A stretch of DNA of 64,000 nucleotides, from assembly GCA_001642005.1 (NCBI GenBank), contig LWCA01000041.1, positions 4,128-68,127 of the forward strand, given 5' to 3'. Position 1 is the stretch's first letter, and every line of letters begins with the position of its first letter. The notes under the pieces were generated by a model. That model was not told where the DNA came from. It was given only the letters and a program-made list of their open reading frames with translations, and ran no database searches. Positions 28,601 to 41,600 of this stretch are shown here, in pieces. This stretch comes from Intoshia linei (taxonomy: Eukaryota > Animalia > Orthonectida). A program made the translations under genes and the position numbers.

Positions 28601-29297
28601 CATTGGGTGGGTTTAGGTGCTGTTAGGTAACGTTGAATGTTAGTATTTAATATTATTAGATGTCTTCCGAAAATATTGAATTTCCGTAAAGATAGTGAAG
28701 ATGTACAAAATGATAATGTTCAGAAAATTTTGAATTTATTGAATCAACGAGTCTACAATAAACTGATGACATGTGATGGAGCTTTTACTATTGGTAGATA
28801 TTTTTGATACATACGTTTTATAATAAATTGTAGCGTACGAGGAAGGCCTTGGGTACATTAGATTTGGATTAATGGGTCCAAATGATGATATCGAACGATT
28901 GGTTAATGTAGTTGATATGTCATTAAAACACGTGGAAACATCTTCAGAGGCATTTTTTTAAATATAGTATAATAATTGGTACTCTAGCTTACGACTGAAA
29001 TAAACGATATGATTACAGAAAATATTAATTTAGCTAAGGAAGAACTGAAAAATGAACAATTACACAAGTTTGACCAACAAGTAAATATACGTATTCTGTA
29101 TAAGTTTTACTTTATTTAGGGTTTGTTGAGACAATTACCTATCATGAAATCATTAGTAAATTGGTGGTCACCTCAAAAAATTGTAACGAAAGGCTGTTCT
29201 TATAATATGGAAATTGGTCTATATTTCAAAGTGTATATTTATTTAATATTTAGATGAAATTTCAGTTAACAAATCACTGTATAAGCCCAATATTTAA
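25625..29297 (+). CDS. PDXDC1: Pyridoxal-dependent decarboxylase domain-containing protein 1, multi-exon
   Basis: KPIFIMACAG|T..CDEILNIKKICEQNNIWLHLHG, DSMTIEFGTWF, WVGLGAVR, GYIRFGL, GLLRQLPIMKSLVNWWSP (human GVLRQIPVVGSVLNWFSP). Confidence 0.9.
27171..27335. repeat. Foldback-like structure: ~32-bp units in tandem, then inverted, in a PDXDC1 intron
   Basis: Three units like ttttttgaacaaaacttaaagggggtttt, then reverse-oriented copies agtttggtcaaaaaaatcttaaaaacccctcttgaaagtttggttataaaaaaaa. Confidence 0.55.
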
Positions 29298-30463
29298 ATA
29301 AATATTTCATGTATAGCCTTAATGTCAATTTTATTTTTGTCTTTCATACCAACCGCATAAACTATTTCGCAGTAGATCTGAAAAAATTACAAATAAATTT
29401 TTAGATTAGGATCCTAGATTGATCTAAATTTAAACGATGATTGAATGGACCGCCTCATATACAAATGTCTAAATTATAGAAAACAGTTATTATGAATTGT
29501 ACGTTTTTCGTGTATTTAAAAAAAATATTTTTTGGGTATCTAATGGCTAATACCCAAGGGTGGTCAATTTTCTAGTACCAGCAAATTTTTTTAAATATAT
29601 AAATGACTAATTTGTAAAATGTAAACTGATTACAATGGACTTTGTAGGTTTCACAAATCTTTAAAGTTTAGAACTAAGTATATTTTAATTTTATATTTTG
29701 TGGTTGGATTAACAGTCTCTTCTGGTAATGTTTGGTAAAATCAAAATTTTCAAAAAACTAGGAAAAGAGATTTTAGCTTAACTTAAGAGTTGGTAAAATA
29801 GGATTTAATTAATTTGGGGTAGGATTAATAGGTTTTTTGTAAAATCGTAAGAAAGGGATTTTTACATAAAGAACGTGAAATGGTATTTTTTATTAATGGT
29901 GGGATAAAATTGGGATTTTAAAATAATAATTTAGCTGTCGTCTAGGCTTTGGGAAAAAAGTAGCAAATATGAATAAATATTTTTGTTTTTTATCTTCAAT
30001 GTCAGATCTAATTAATTCAAAACAAAAAAGATTAGATTATAAACCAGTAAAAATCGAAATATATACATAAATTGTACAAATTTAAAAGATAAAATTAGTC
30101 CTACAGCCAGCAGTTAAGAATGAATAGCTGTAGATCCAGCCAATACTACAAAATAAAAACATTTTATGCTGCTTAGCACTGCTTACAACAGTTGGTGGGC
30201 AAACTTATTGATATGCGGGCCGCATTGATCACCACTTACTGGCTTACACCATAAAAAAGATTTTTTCGTGGATTCAGTGAAACTGATTTTTCGACTTTTG
30301 ACTGTAGTCGATTTTTCCTATTAACATTTGTATCAAATGGATCTTTTTTAAATGTTGATAATCTCAACTTAAGATACTGCATTAGATTATAGTATTTATT
30401 AGCAACGTTCAATCAATGACATCGTAAGTTTATTTAAACTTTTTTATCAGAATTGAACTTTAA

Positions 30464-31373
30464 ATGGACAAGAAATATCCTCTGTGGAATCCAGACAACT
30501 CTGTTGTTTTCTTTGACATTTCTATTGGTGGTCAAGTAATTAAATGTATTATTCAAATAATATAACTTAAATTATTTAGACAGCGGAAAGAGTAAAATTT
30601 GAATTATTTGCTCATATAGTACCTAAAACCGCAGAAAATTTTAGGTATAGTCGTATTCTATTCAAACTAAAATATAATTTTATAGACAATTATGTACAGG
30701 TGAACATAAAAGGGAAGGGAAACCAATTGGATACAAAGACTCCCAGTTTCATCGAATTATTCGTGATTTTATGATTCAAGGTGGTGACTTTGTCAATGTA
30801 TGTTTTATATATTTCTTGATTACGTGTTTTCGATAACATACAGTTCTAATTTTTGCCTTTTACTAAATTATTGCCTTGAAATTGCTTATATTTTTATTTT
30901 AACTTTGTGTAAAATATTTTCCGATTGTCAGAATTTTAAAATCCGTATAAGTTGCACAAATCTAAGTTTTGCAAAATTTTAATTGTTCTGTAAATAATGT
31001 GAATCTAGCACGACGGGACAGGGGTTGATAGTATTTATGGAGGAAAATTTAAAGATGAAAACTTTGACATAAATCACGAAGATGCTGGTCTTTTATCGAT
31101 GGTGAGGTATTTGAAACTGAGAGATTACAATATATTTAGGCTAACAGTGGCTCAAACACTAATGGTTGTCAATTTTTCGTAACATGTTCGAAAGCGCCTT
31201 ATTTAGATGGAAAACATGTCGTTTTTGGTATATTAGGTCTAATTATTATCTATATAAATGTAGGTCGTGTTCTGGAAGGAATGTTGACTATGCGTAAAAT
31301 TGAAAATATTCCAACAGGTCCAAATAACAAACCAAAATTATCAGTACATATAATGCAGTGCGGACAAATGTAA
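30464..31373 (+). CDS. PPIH: Peptidyl-prolyl isomerase H (cyclophilin H, U4/U6 snRNP)
   Basis: [10 protein letters not shown]|..VPKTAENF|[35 protein letters not shown]|..GLLSM|[21 protein letters not shown]|[23 protein letters not shown]. Confidence 0.95.
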
Positions 31374-31670
31374 ATTATTGTAATAAATATAAAGTCTTTT
31401 AATTAATTAATTGTAAGTAGTGCAATATACACCTATTTATAAAAAAGTGTGTTGCTTAGTTTGCGAGGTAATACCAAGTGAAATAAATTTAATTCATTTC
31501 CATATTAACTAGAAATGCTAAATTTCAATAATTACTTTTTCTCTATATCAATATTTTGCTGATTGTACGTATGTAAAACTATTCATTCACTCTAATAATT
31601 ATCATTTTAACATTAATACCGATTATGCATTTTTATTTTGATTTTTATACTGTCTAAATTATTTTATCAG

Positions 31671-32724
31671 ATGGGCGATAATATATCCAATACTGGCTCC
31701 GTAAATAACGAATCTGACCGTAATAGTGCCTCCATGTCGTCTAGCCGTAATACAAGCAACGGCGATCAAACCTCAGGCCAAACGTCTTCGAATGATTATG
31801 TGTATTATTGTCACCAGTGTGAAACTGAAGTAGAAAAATCATTAACGGTAATATCAATATTTTCTTATATATTATGAATGAAGGCATATGAATGTGGATC
31901 TTGTAATGGTGGTTTCATAGAACGGATACCTCGCCCAGAGTAATTTTACATATCATTTTTATTTAATTTTAAGAAATATAAACTTGGAAGATATTTACAA
32001 CAGATCCAGAAACAGTAGAATATCCAGTACGATACATGTTGAAGGAGTTGATGGGGTATTTATACGAGTTTACTGTATATTTTTTTAAAGACAGGTACCA
32101 ATGAAGCCATACCCACAAATATATCAAATATACAGGGGTATTAATAAAAAATACGATATTATAAATTTTTAGATTGGTCAGGAATATGATGGTCACCTTA
32201 CTAAACGAAGGAGTATTTGATTTTAGCTCATTGTCAACTCAAGACTATGTGATAAATTCCACATATTTTGATAACATTATAACACAGGTATTTTTTTTTA
32301 ATGTATATTTTATGATTAGCTAATGAGTCAATTTGATGGCAGCCCAACACCAGCCACAGAAGAAGAAATAAACGCAGTACCCATTATATCAATTACTCAA
32401 ACCAATATAGGTTGATGATTTTTAAAATGTATATTTGTGCTTTTAGACGAAAATTCATCCTGCAGTATATGCTTGGACAAATTCGAATTAAACCAAATAG
32501 TCAAAAAATTAAAATGTGAACATTTTTTTCACAGCGAGTGCATTGTCGCTTGGCTTAAACAAGTATTTTTTACGATTAGGCTTCCATTTTCTTTAGAATG
32601 TGTTTTTAATCTGACTATTTAGAATGCTACTTGCCCAGTATGCAGAAAATCCATAAACGAATCCGCAGATATTAGGTCTTCAACTCCAGAAACAGCGGAT
32701 CTTAATCAACCGGGACCGGACTAA
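31671..32724 (+). CDS. RNF115/RNF126-like E3 ubiquitin ligase
   Basis: N-terminal zinc ribbon YYCHQC..|AYECGSCNGGFIE, FDNIITQ|LM, and RING-H2 CSICLDKF..LKCEHFFHSECIVAWLKQ|NATCPVCRK. Confidence 0.88.
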
Positions 32725-32913
32725 GTTTAAATACTACATTTTTCAAATATTCTGTAAAGAATTTGTTTACATTAAATCTTAAACCTTTCTATATTACTCT
32801 CGATTCTTCACTCAACGTGAACTAGAATTAGGCTATGGAAACGTACGACATAATTAACGAAAATATTGCGTTGGTAATGTAAATTTCAACGAGTAAATAT
32901 ATTTAATTTTTAA

Positions 32914-33700
32914 ATGAACGTACGCAGACATAGATTTCATGTAACCGTTGAAAACGACAAAGAATTACACGAGTGTATAGTTTGCATGTTAGACACTGTA
33001 ATTAGTTTCAGAACCTTGGGGAAATTCAATAAATTGGAAGGAGAACGTAGCGTAACTGGGTCGATATACTTGATTACCTTTTTTAGTATAGCGTCGGATC
33101 GATTGGTTTCTACGATGAAAAACTCAAAGTACTGTCATTAACATATACTCGTATCAATTGTGGATCTTTGCGTCGACATGTTATAAATAATTGCAGTGAT
33201 TTTGTAAAATCATTGAAAGAAAGCTCTCTTGACATGGGGCGTATTTCACTCAAATTCTTTTATAGAACTAAAAATCGGTATTAATTCATTTTGCTTACAT
33301 CATAATTCTTAGTTGGCTCTTCAGTGACGATATGGTATTTTGGGAAATTTGGGATTTTGATGTAAATAAAGTTGCTTCCGATCGTAGCATTTCCGAAGTA
33401 GAACGAAAATCTCAACTCGTAGATTCTGTACTATCAATTATACAAAAAATTACACTGGTAGCACAGGTAAAAACATTGCCGTTAAATTTAATTTTTTGTT
33501 TTTAGCAATCAGACATTGTACCCAAAATCCCGGATAGCTATCAAATTGGAAATATATTCGATACAACGTTTACCAACGTACAACCATATTTACATTGCTT
33601 TGATTATAACAAATTTTCCGATCCCATCGAGAATTTAACAAGCCGAAACGTCACCTCATCTATGCTAAAAATATTTAAAAACTCACTTACATTTCAGTGA
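32914..33700 (+). CDS. ATG101: Autophagy-related protein 101
   Basis: MNVRRHRFHVTVE..FRTLGKF..GERS|YSVGSIG (human MNCRSEVLEVSVE..HRSTGKF..TYSIGTVG); WF finger NR|WLFSDDMVFWEIW; IFDTTFTNVQPYL; stop TGA at 33698-33700. Confidence 0.92.
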
Positions 33701-33733
33701 TAATATTTATTAATTAATGCTGTAAATATACGA

Positions 33734-35338
33734 TTAAATTCTTTCAAATTCGAATATATCTAATTTTGGAATAATTGTCATCCCCTCTATTGTTTCAAAG
33801 TAGATACGACTGGTTGGTTGTTTGGGTTTGATCTTGAAACGAATGATAATGTTTGATATTAAGACGGAAATGTAATCTATCATAAAATGACTCGCAGGGC
33901 ACTTTCTTTCTCCAATCCCAAATGGCAGCATATCTTTTTCATAGTTTGATGAACATTTGGACCACCGTTCTGGGTTAAAATCATTTGGATCTCGGAAATG
34001 TCTTTCATCTTTCATTGTGCTCCAATAGTGGAGGAGTACTGTGTCGTTATTCTGGAATTTATGTGTTTTACCTTGATATGTGAATTCGAACGAACCCGTA
34101 ACATTTCTTTTGCCCATTGGACCGGCAGAAGAACAACGTAGTAGTTCTATCACCACAAGTTTCAAGTATTTAATTTCGCGGGCAAGGTTTTCGGTGATGT
34201 ATAAATTACTCAGTAAAGTGGTATCGGCGTTCGGTGGTATAAAATTTTGTACAATTTCATTATATAATTTTTGTTGAATGTTGGGTTTATACGCCATATA
34301 GACACAGAACCAACTAAATACTGCTATAGGTGCTTCTGACCCGGATCGTATCATATCTTCTGTAATAGAATAAAGAGAGCATTCTGCATTTGACAAATTG
34401 TAATATAATGGATACTGTTTTACGTTGAGTCTACTTTTTTCATATTGATAGTACTGCTTAAATTTAATCTGATTTTCTTCATCGTCAAAAATTTTGTTAA
34501 AATTTTTGCAGTTAAATCGTTTATCAATTAAAAAATCTAAACCGTCAGAGAAATTATTTGTACAAGGATTAATAAGATGTAATTCAATTTGTCGTATGCA
34601 AGCCAATCTAATGATTCTATTAATATTTTCAAAGTTGTTCAATTTTCGTTTAAATTTTGGAATAAATCGACAGATATATATTAAATCGGCAATATTTACC
34701 AATGGTCCTGTGTTTGAAGAATAATTGTATATGTTGGAATAAATTGGAATAAGAAATGATCGGTCTTTTTTGGTATAATGTCTTTCAAAACAGATTCTAT
34801 AAGAAATAGTTGTGCATACTTTTTCAAACAATTTTCGAATACTTTGGTACTTGGATTTTTCAATTTCGAAAAACAAATTGTTCATTTCTTCTTTAATCAC
34901 ATGCTGAACAACTGGATTAAATGTAAAAATATTTTTTAGTATATTTTTTCGGAATGTCCATGCGACTCCTTTAGCTCTGTGTGCTCCATAGTTTATAAAA
35001 TTTGTGGATGCACCTAAATCTGGTTTTTCACTTAAAAAGTTTGCTCGAGTTGATAATAATTTATCAATAGCCTCGCACCCATTTACAATAATGAAATTTT
35101 TCGTCCCGAACCTTCTTTTGTAAATGTCGCTGTTAATTCGTGTTGACAATTCCAATAAGAACTGGTGACGACTATTTCCGAAGTTAAGATTGAATACACG
35201 AATTAAGAGATATTCACAATTTAGGCGATACTTTAAAAAAATGTACAGAATTACACTGAAAGTGACACACAAAAAACTCGTGGTTGAGTATTGATGTATA
35301 AAATTTAGCAATGTTATCAATTGATGCCAAGTATTCAT
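33734..35338 (-). CDS. Cytochrome P450 (clan 2-like), single exon
   Basis: 534 aa; N-terminal membrane anchor, WxxR C-helix, ExxR (ELLR), PERW, heme motif PFGIGERKCPA. Confidence 0.95.
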   Translation of the reverse strand: MNTWHQLITLLNFIHQYSTTSFLCVTFSVILYIFLKYRLNCEYLLIRVFNLNFGNSRHQFLLELSTRINSDIYKRRFGTKNFIIVNGCEAIDKLLSTRANFLSEKPDLGASTNFINYGAHRAKGVAWTFRKNILKNIFTFNPVVQHVIKEEMNNLFFEIEKSKYQSIRKLFEKVCTTISYRICFERHYTKKDRSFLIPIYSNIYNYSSNTGPLVNIADLIYICRFIPKFKRKLNNFENINRIIRLACIRQIELHLINPCTNNFSDGLDFLIDKRFNCKNFNKIFDDEENQIKFKQYYQYEKSRLNVKQYPLYYNLSNAECSLYSITEDMIRSGSEAPIAVFSWFCVYMAYKPNIQQKLYNEIVQNFIPPNADTTLLSNLYITENLAREIKYLKLVVIELLRCSSAGPMGKRNVTGSFEFTYQGKTHKFQNNDTVLLHYWSTMKDERHFRDPNDFNPERWSKCSSNYEKDMLPFGIGERKCPASHFMIDYISVLISNIIIRFKIKPKQPTSRIYFETIEGMTIIPKLDIFEFERI

Positions 35339-35666
35339 ATTGCAGAAAATGGTTAAATTAGGAAAGAATCAACTATACAATCATGTATATAAAACCTCGA
35401 ATTGGGTTTATATGGAAATGTCATCTAAATAAATTTGTATCAATAAGCAAATAACAATGTAGAATTAGATATTTGCATACTCTTTTCAAATGTATTATTA
35501 ATTTTAAATGAAATCAAAATCTGTGAAACATATTTTTATAATAGTTATTGCATATAATATTCTTTATGATAAAGTATACAATTCTTACTAAAATATAAAA
35601 TATTTTCATGTAATGAATTGAGCGAAGTTAAAATTTTAACTTTATTTTAAAAAAATCGTAATAAAA

Positions 35667-38600
35667 ATGGACAATATACTGGATCGTAAGGTGCAGAATG
35701 TACTTAGTAATGATTTAAAATATAATAAAATCATTATTATTTAATTTTCTTTGTTCAAATGCAAAATAGTATTTAGATTTTATCAGCAATGGAAACTACA
35801 AAAAGGCTTTTAAGGATATACGGAAATTGTATTCTAAGCACGACGATGTTACGATAATTTGCGTAAAACTTGACAAACATTTGTAAATTTTTTTAGTTTT
35901 CAATGTCATTAGTGCTTTTACAGTTTAATAAATACGAAGAAGGATTATCAGTTTTTAGCAAGGTAAAAGAAAAATATTTTGATATTAGAGATGTTTGTAT
36001 AATTCGGAAAATTCATATTTTTTTGAACGGTAACTTTTATTTTTATAGTTGTATATTTGTAGATTACAGCGTCATTAAAAAATTTTTCGAAAATAATGAT
36101 TGCAAAAATAATCAAGAACATTATTGGTCATTTAAGTTGGAAATATATTGTCAACATGGGTCTCTTGATGATTTGCACTGGCTTTGTATGCAAATGTATA
36201 AAAAATTCAACAATATCAATTTTTTTGTTTATTCCATTATATTTCTTATTTTTAAGGTATGAATAGTGTTATCATATTATTTATATTTTAGGCGGAGAAA
36301 TCTTTGGATCAAAATGTTAAAAAAACACTATATCAAGTTGCTCTCAAATTTGTTAATTTAAAAATTAATTTTACGACTGGTATCTACCATGATATGTGGA
36401 TATCTTGTCTTTCAAAGATTTATACCTTTATTGGGAATTACAAAAAGGCTAAATATTTTATTAATCAACATTGTAAGTTAGTGTTTAAAATTACTCATAT
36501 TTACAGCAAATTCGGATACTATTTTGAACGAAACAATTAATATTTTAAAAGTTTCTTGTCATTGGGAGGGTATATTGAACTTGATTGAATCGCATATATC
36601 GTAATAATTGATTTATATTCATATTTATATTCATCTAGGTCTGATAATTTCAATGGGTTTTATATTAAAAATTATTATTTCGCTTTGAAAAAATTAATCG
36701 AGCAGATTTCCGTGAACGATAGGTACTATTATTTGGTTTTTTTTCAAGATGACATTTTGATGTGAAGATATATCTGAAAATTGTAGTAATGACTATATGA
36801 TTTATTACTACATTTTTGATATTAGTGAATCTTAACAAATCTCATTCAAAACTTCTAAAAAACTTTTTAATTATTTTAATTTTTTCATTTATAGATCCAA
36901 TATATGTGATACATTTATGAAACGATATCTGTTTATATTTAATCTGATGCGAAAGAAGGACGAGTCTGTGGATAATAGGTATATTGTAAATATGGTAAAT
37001 TTAAACCACGTTTGATTGTGTTTAAATTGGTTTTTTAGTAAATTGTTTTATAAAAAACTGAGGAGATGCATTATTCCCTTAAGTATCCTATTGCCAATAG
37101 CAACCTCTCTAAGGATCTCGAGTTTAAATTTTAATTTTAACACATTAAATAGTTATATTATAGTGTTTTTGACCCCAAGAAGGACTTTATTTATTTATTT
37201 GATATCAATTTCTGAAAATAAAATTTGTGATATAACAGAACCATCGAAAAACTATTTTAGAAATGATGATTTTTATAATTCTAGGACTTAATTTTTTAAT
37301 TTAACTGTAACACAGAAATTAAATTTTATAGAAGTAAAGGATTATTGTGTTCACAGACTCTTTGTAAATCAATAAAATCTGTAAGAATCGTCAGGTTTAG
37401 TGATATCATTAGTTCTGTAAGATAAATATAATTAATTAGCTCGACTTTCGACAATTAAAGTTTCGATTTGTTATTCATTACAAAATTATAGTTTTTAGTA
37501 GAAAATAGTCACTGAATTAATAATAATTCTTTTTTGGTTGAACGGTTATATCAGCCCAACAAAGATATTAACCGTTAAATCATTTTTTGAGGTGGGTCCT
37601 GGGATTTTTTATGTATGGTATGATAAATGGAAAGTTGTGCCTACTATAAAAAAGGTTGGGAAACACTGTACTATTTTATTTCTTTTTTATATGCACGTTT
37701 GGCAATATATTTTGTAAATTAAATTATTTTTTTACATTTACATTTTGAGAAAATTTGTCTTGTGTATATCATATAAAAAAACAATCAAAATCTCTAAGGT
37801 TTAACTGATAACCACTAATTTATTTATCCTGTTTTCATATACTTGTAGGTCTTTATATGTTGCATACGTTTTATTATTAAAACTCAAATACAAATTTAAT
37901 ATTGAATTTGAACGAGAATTGAATATAGGTAATTTTAAAAATTCTTTGATTTGCTAAAATTGTAAAAATATTCAGTAATATTGTTTGTAAATTTTACTGA
38001 CTTTTACTACTTATGTTATAATTTTTATTATTAATGTAAAATTGTTTTTAATATGAAGTATATCAGGTCCCTTAATCCTAATTGTGATTTTATTTAATTT
38101 TGAGTTTATATTTTTTTAATACACATACAAGTCTTTGTAAAAGTCTATATCTTATATATTAATTGTAGATTTGATTTTTGCGAAAAATATCAATTATCAC
38201 ATTGAAAAATTTGTATAATATTTGTTTGAATAATATACTCCCTCGCAACAATTTTGCAATTGTTGGAAACTAGTCTCAGTGAAACTCTAAGTGTCTGAAT
38301 TTTTTATGTATTAATCAGCAATGCAAGATCTATCATTGGTTAAAAAAATAAAAAAATAGGCCGAATTAATTCGTAGAAATTTACCTTTTTTATGTATATG
38401 TAGATATGAAAGTCTCAACAATTTTGCAAAACAATAAATATAATTATTTCTTGATATATTAAATATATATTATATTCTATACGTCTATCAAATTTCCATT
38501 ATTCATCATAACCTTGTACATTTTTGAATTAAATGATTTATGCAGCTTTATAATCATGTATTTTTCCTTTAAAATATTTCCTGAACAATATGAGATATTT

Positions 38601-41600
38601 TCTGCCATATATTGTACATTAGGGTGGACAGAATTTCAATATTTTTGAATTTCTTATGGGCCATTAGCCAGAAAGTTTCGTTTTGTTAAGTTTTCTACAA
38701 GGGTGCGCAAGGATACTGAATTTTAGTATACGATTTGTATACATAACTGTGTATGAGTAGAATATACCGAGGGCTTATCTTAGTTTGACTATATTTAATA
38801 TAACATTGATTACGGAGACTTTCAGTTTGGCGGAAACTATTGTGTTTAAATAATTACCAAAGGTTTGTAGGTGTGCCTAATTAAAAAAAATCCAATATTT
38901 TTAATATTTCGTAAATGTATAATAGCATGCAAAAAGCTAATATTGTTTCACTTTTCGAATTGATCAGAGCTCGAAGAGCTATAATTTTAGAAAATCCATC
39001 AGATGTTATACACACCGTTCAAAATTCAACAATTGTATTATTAGAATCATGAGCCCTTTTCCCGTCAAATTGCAGACAAAAATCTTTTTTAAAGAACTGA
39101 ATATCCGAATTTATTTTATCTATACAACAATAATTTCTTTGTTCAAAGCACGCATACACATTGTTCTACAAGGAATGATAGAATTAGTGATTGTTTTTAG
39201 AATCATTAGCATTTTATGTGAAGAAGTTTCTGTCTTTATACATGCCTTTGCAATATCTTTACTAGATAATTTTGACTGCTCTCTACCATCAGCTAATTAA
39301 GTATTTTCAAAAACTTAATTATTGCAATGCAACTCTATCGAAATAGGTAGATGTTTTTGAACCTTAAACGTATTTAATTGGTGTTTTTCTTTTAATTCGA
39401 GCTGCAATTGTAATTCCTTACATTTAATTTTTCTTTCATATTTACGACCAAACGCATTATCAAGCATACCAAACATCATTTATTTTTCATTTCTCTGATC
39501 ACGTAAAAACACAAATTTTCATGTATACATGTCAACTCGGCATTTATGTGCTATATATCGAACAATGTATCAATTGTATTAATGAAATTATCCCCACGTA
39601 ATATTTGGGACTTACATCTCCTATTTATATTCTTTTTTAATAAATTATAGCGTTTGCAGTATGTCTTTAAAACATATTTACAAATATGTTTCTTATCTTT
39701 AATAAAAATTGAACTTGTAATCCACAAATCTAACACTTTCATCACAGTTATATTCAAAACTTAGGAAACCTATATTCCTTTTTTGTATGATAAAAATAAA
39801 CCTTCAATACGTCCCGTAATATTGGGAAGTTATATTTACAAAAATCTTCCATCACATTGCCTATTATCTAAATATAATCCGCGGATCTTGTTAACACGTG
39901 AATTTCAAAAAAAAACTATAATTTAAATTAAAGCTCAATTTGAGCACTACATTAAAATGAATCTGCTTCCTAAAATTTTGCATAGACATACATATGAATC
40001 AGAAGAATAAAATTAGAGAATGGCCCATCAGAGAATATTAGTAAACAAATATATGACCATTCATGCCAATTTTTTGACCAAAATGTCTTCAACATGTGTA
40101 TATGTATTCATAAAATGAACAAAATTATCGAAGGGCCTATCAGAAAATGTAAAAAAAAAATTTACTATGAAAATTGTGTCCAACCTATTTTACATACATT
40201 GTACATGCATTTTCGAATTAAATTGTGAACCATCATATAACCAGGGTTGTCATCTGCGTTATTTTCCCCGTGAGAATTCGGGTTTTAAATTCAACTCAGG
40301 GCTCAGGGTTAAGTGATATATTTAAATCAAAATCATGTCATCAGACATATTTTATTTATATTCTATAATTTTTTCCTTTATGGTGAAAGACTCTTAGTTT
40401 TAGCTGTTAATTTTATTCCATTACTTAGTGACACCCATATTTTTCATTGTATTCGTTTTCGTTTCTTCGCGCCAGATTATTGAGTAATACTTTTTTATTT
40501 TATCATTTTTGATTTTTGTGACAATGATTCTTTACATGTAGTTGAAGTAAAAAATGTCTGAAAGTGAAAATTTTTCGCCTTCGGCGAAATTGCATAACAC
40601 GCTCCGCTCAAAAATTCGGGTTGAGAATAATTTAATGTTTGTAACCGTGCATATAACCGATTCTTCATAAATAATTAAAAACTTCAATTTCTACGACTTT
40701 TTTCAGATTTTTGATTTTTTTACCAATAAACGATCTTGTCAAATCTTTTAATATATAAAAAATTGAATAACAGCATATTATTTAGATTGGTTTATATCAA
40801 TTGCAATATAACATTTTTAATTTGAATACATTTTATAATTAATTTTTTTTTGTATAGAAACACTATGAAAAATGATATATTCCTTATCAGTAGTTGCATC
40901 TATTCTCCACCCGTCGGGTCAAATCTAAACTTTCATAATTTTGCGACCAAAATTTTGTTCAACCGTATTGAGAAATAAATATAAATTACAAATCCAAAAT
41001 ATTAGTTTGTGTCTATAATTAAAATTATTGACCGATGCAACAAAATTTGGATTTGCATTAGTAGTTTCTTTCCAGAGTGGAGTATGTGCCAAATTATTAT
41101 ATATCTAGTTAGTCCCTAATCCATTTTTTGTAAAATACGCTGCATGGTATGGTATGTATCATCAATTTTTTAATATTTAAAAAATAGTGGATATTAAATT
41201 ATAAATTAAAAATCAGTGCAGCATCACGAGGACAAAATGGAAATGGTTGTAGGGTCGTATTATGTTCAGTGAACATTGTTAACTTTTGTTCTATATGAAC
41301 GTTTTGATTTTGTACACAAAATGTTAAAGAGAATAAACATCATTTTTTTGGTCAATTATAAATCAATACTTTAGTGATTACATTGTACATTTGATATTAT
41401 ATTGTATTGTTTTAATAAAAATAATCTTGCTTATCATGACAACATGTAATTATTCATATTACTTTCTAATTTGAACTATATTAAAAAAGGTACGCACTAT
41501 TCATATTGACCAGGTTTGACTCAGTTTTTATGCTTTTATTTTCTTCACAAATTCAAATTGTAGATATGTAATAAGGATAAAAATTTTGATGTGAGATTGC

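Noticed and set aside
29690-29930. G/T-skewed stretch resembling 285-450 (ttggtaaaat, gggatttt motifs)
   Set aside because: Probably an old repeat family, but I could not define ends or a reliable alignment by eye.
32835-32882. Upstream ATG (METYDIINENIALVM*) as the ATG101 start
   Set aside because: It cannot be spliced in frame, and ATG 32914 aligns with human Met1. At most a uORF.
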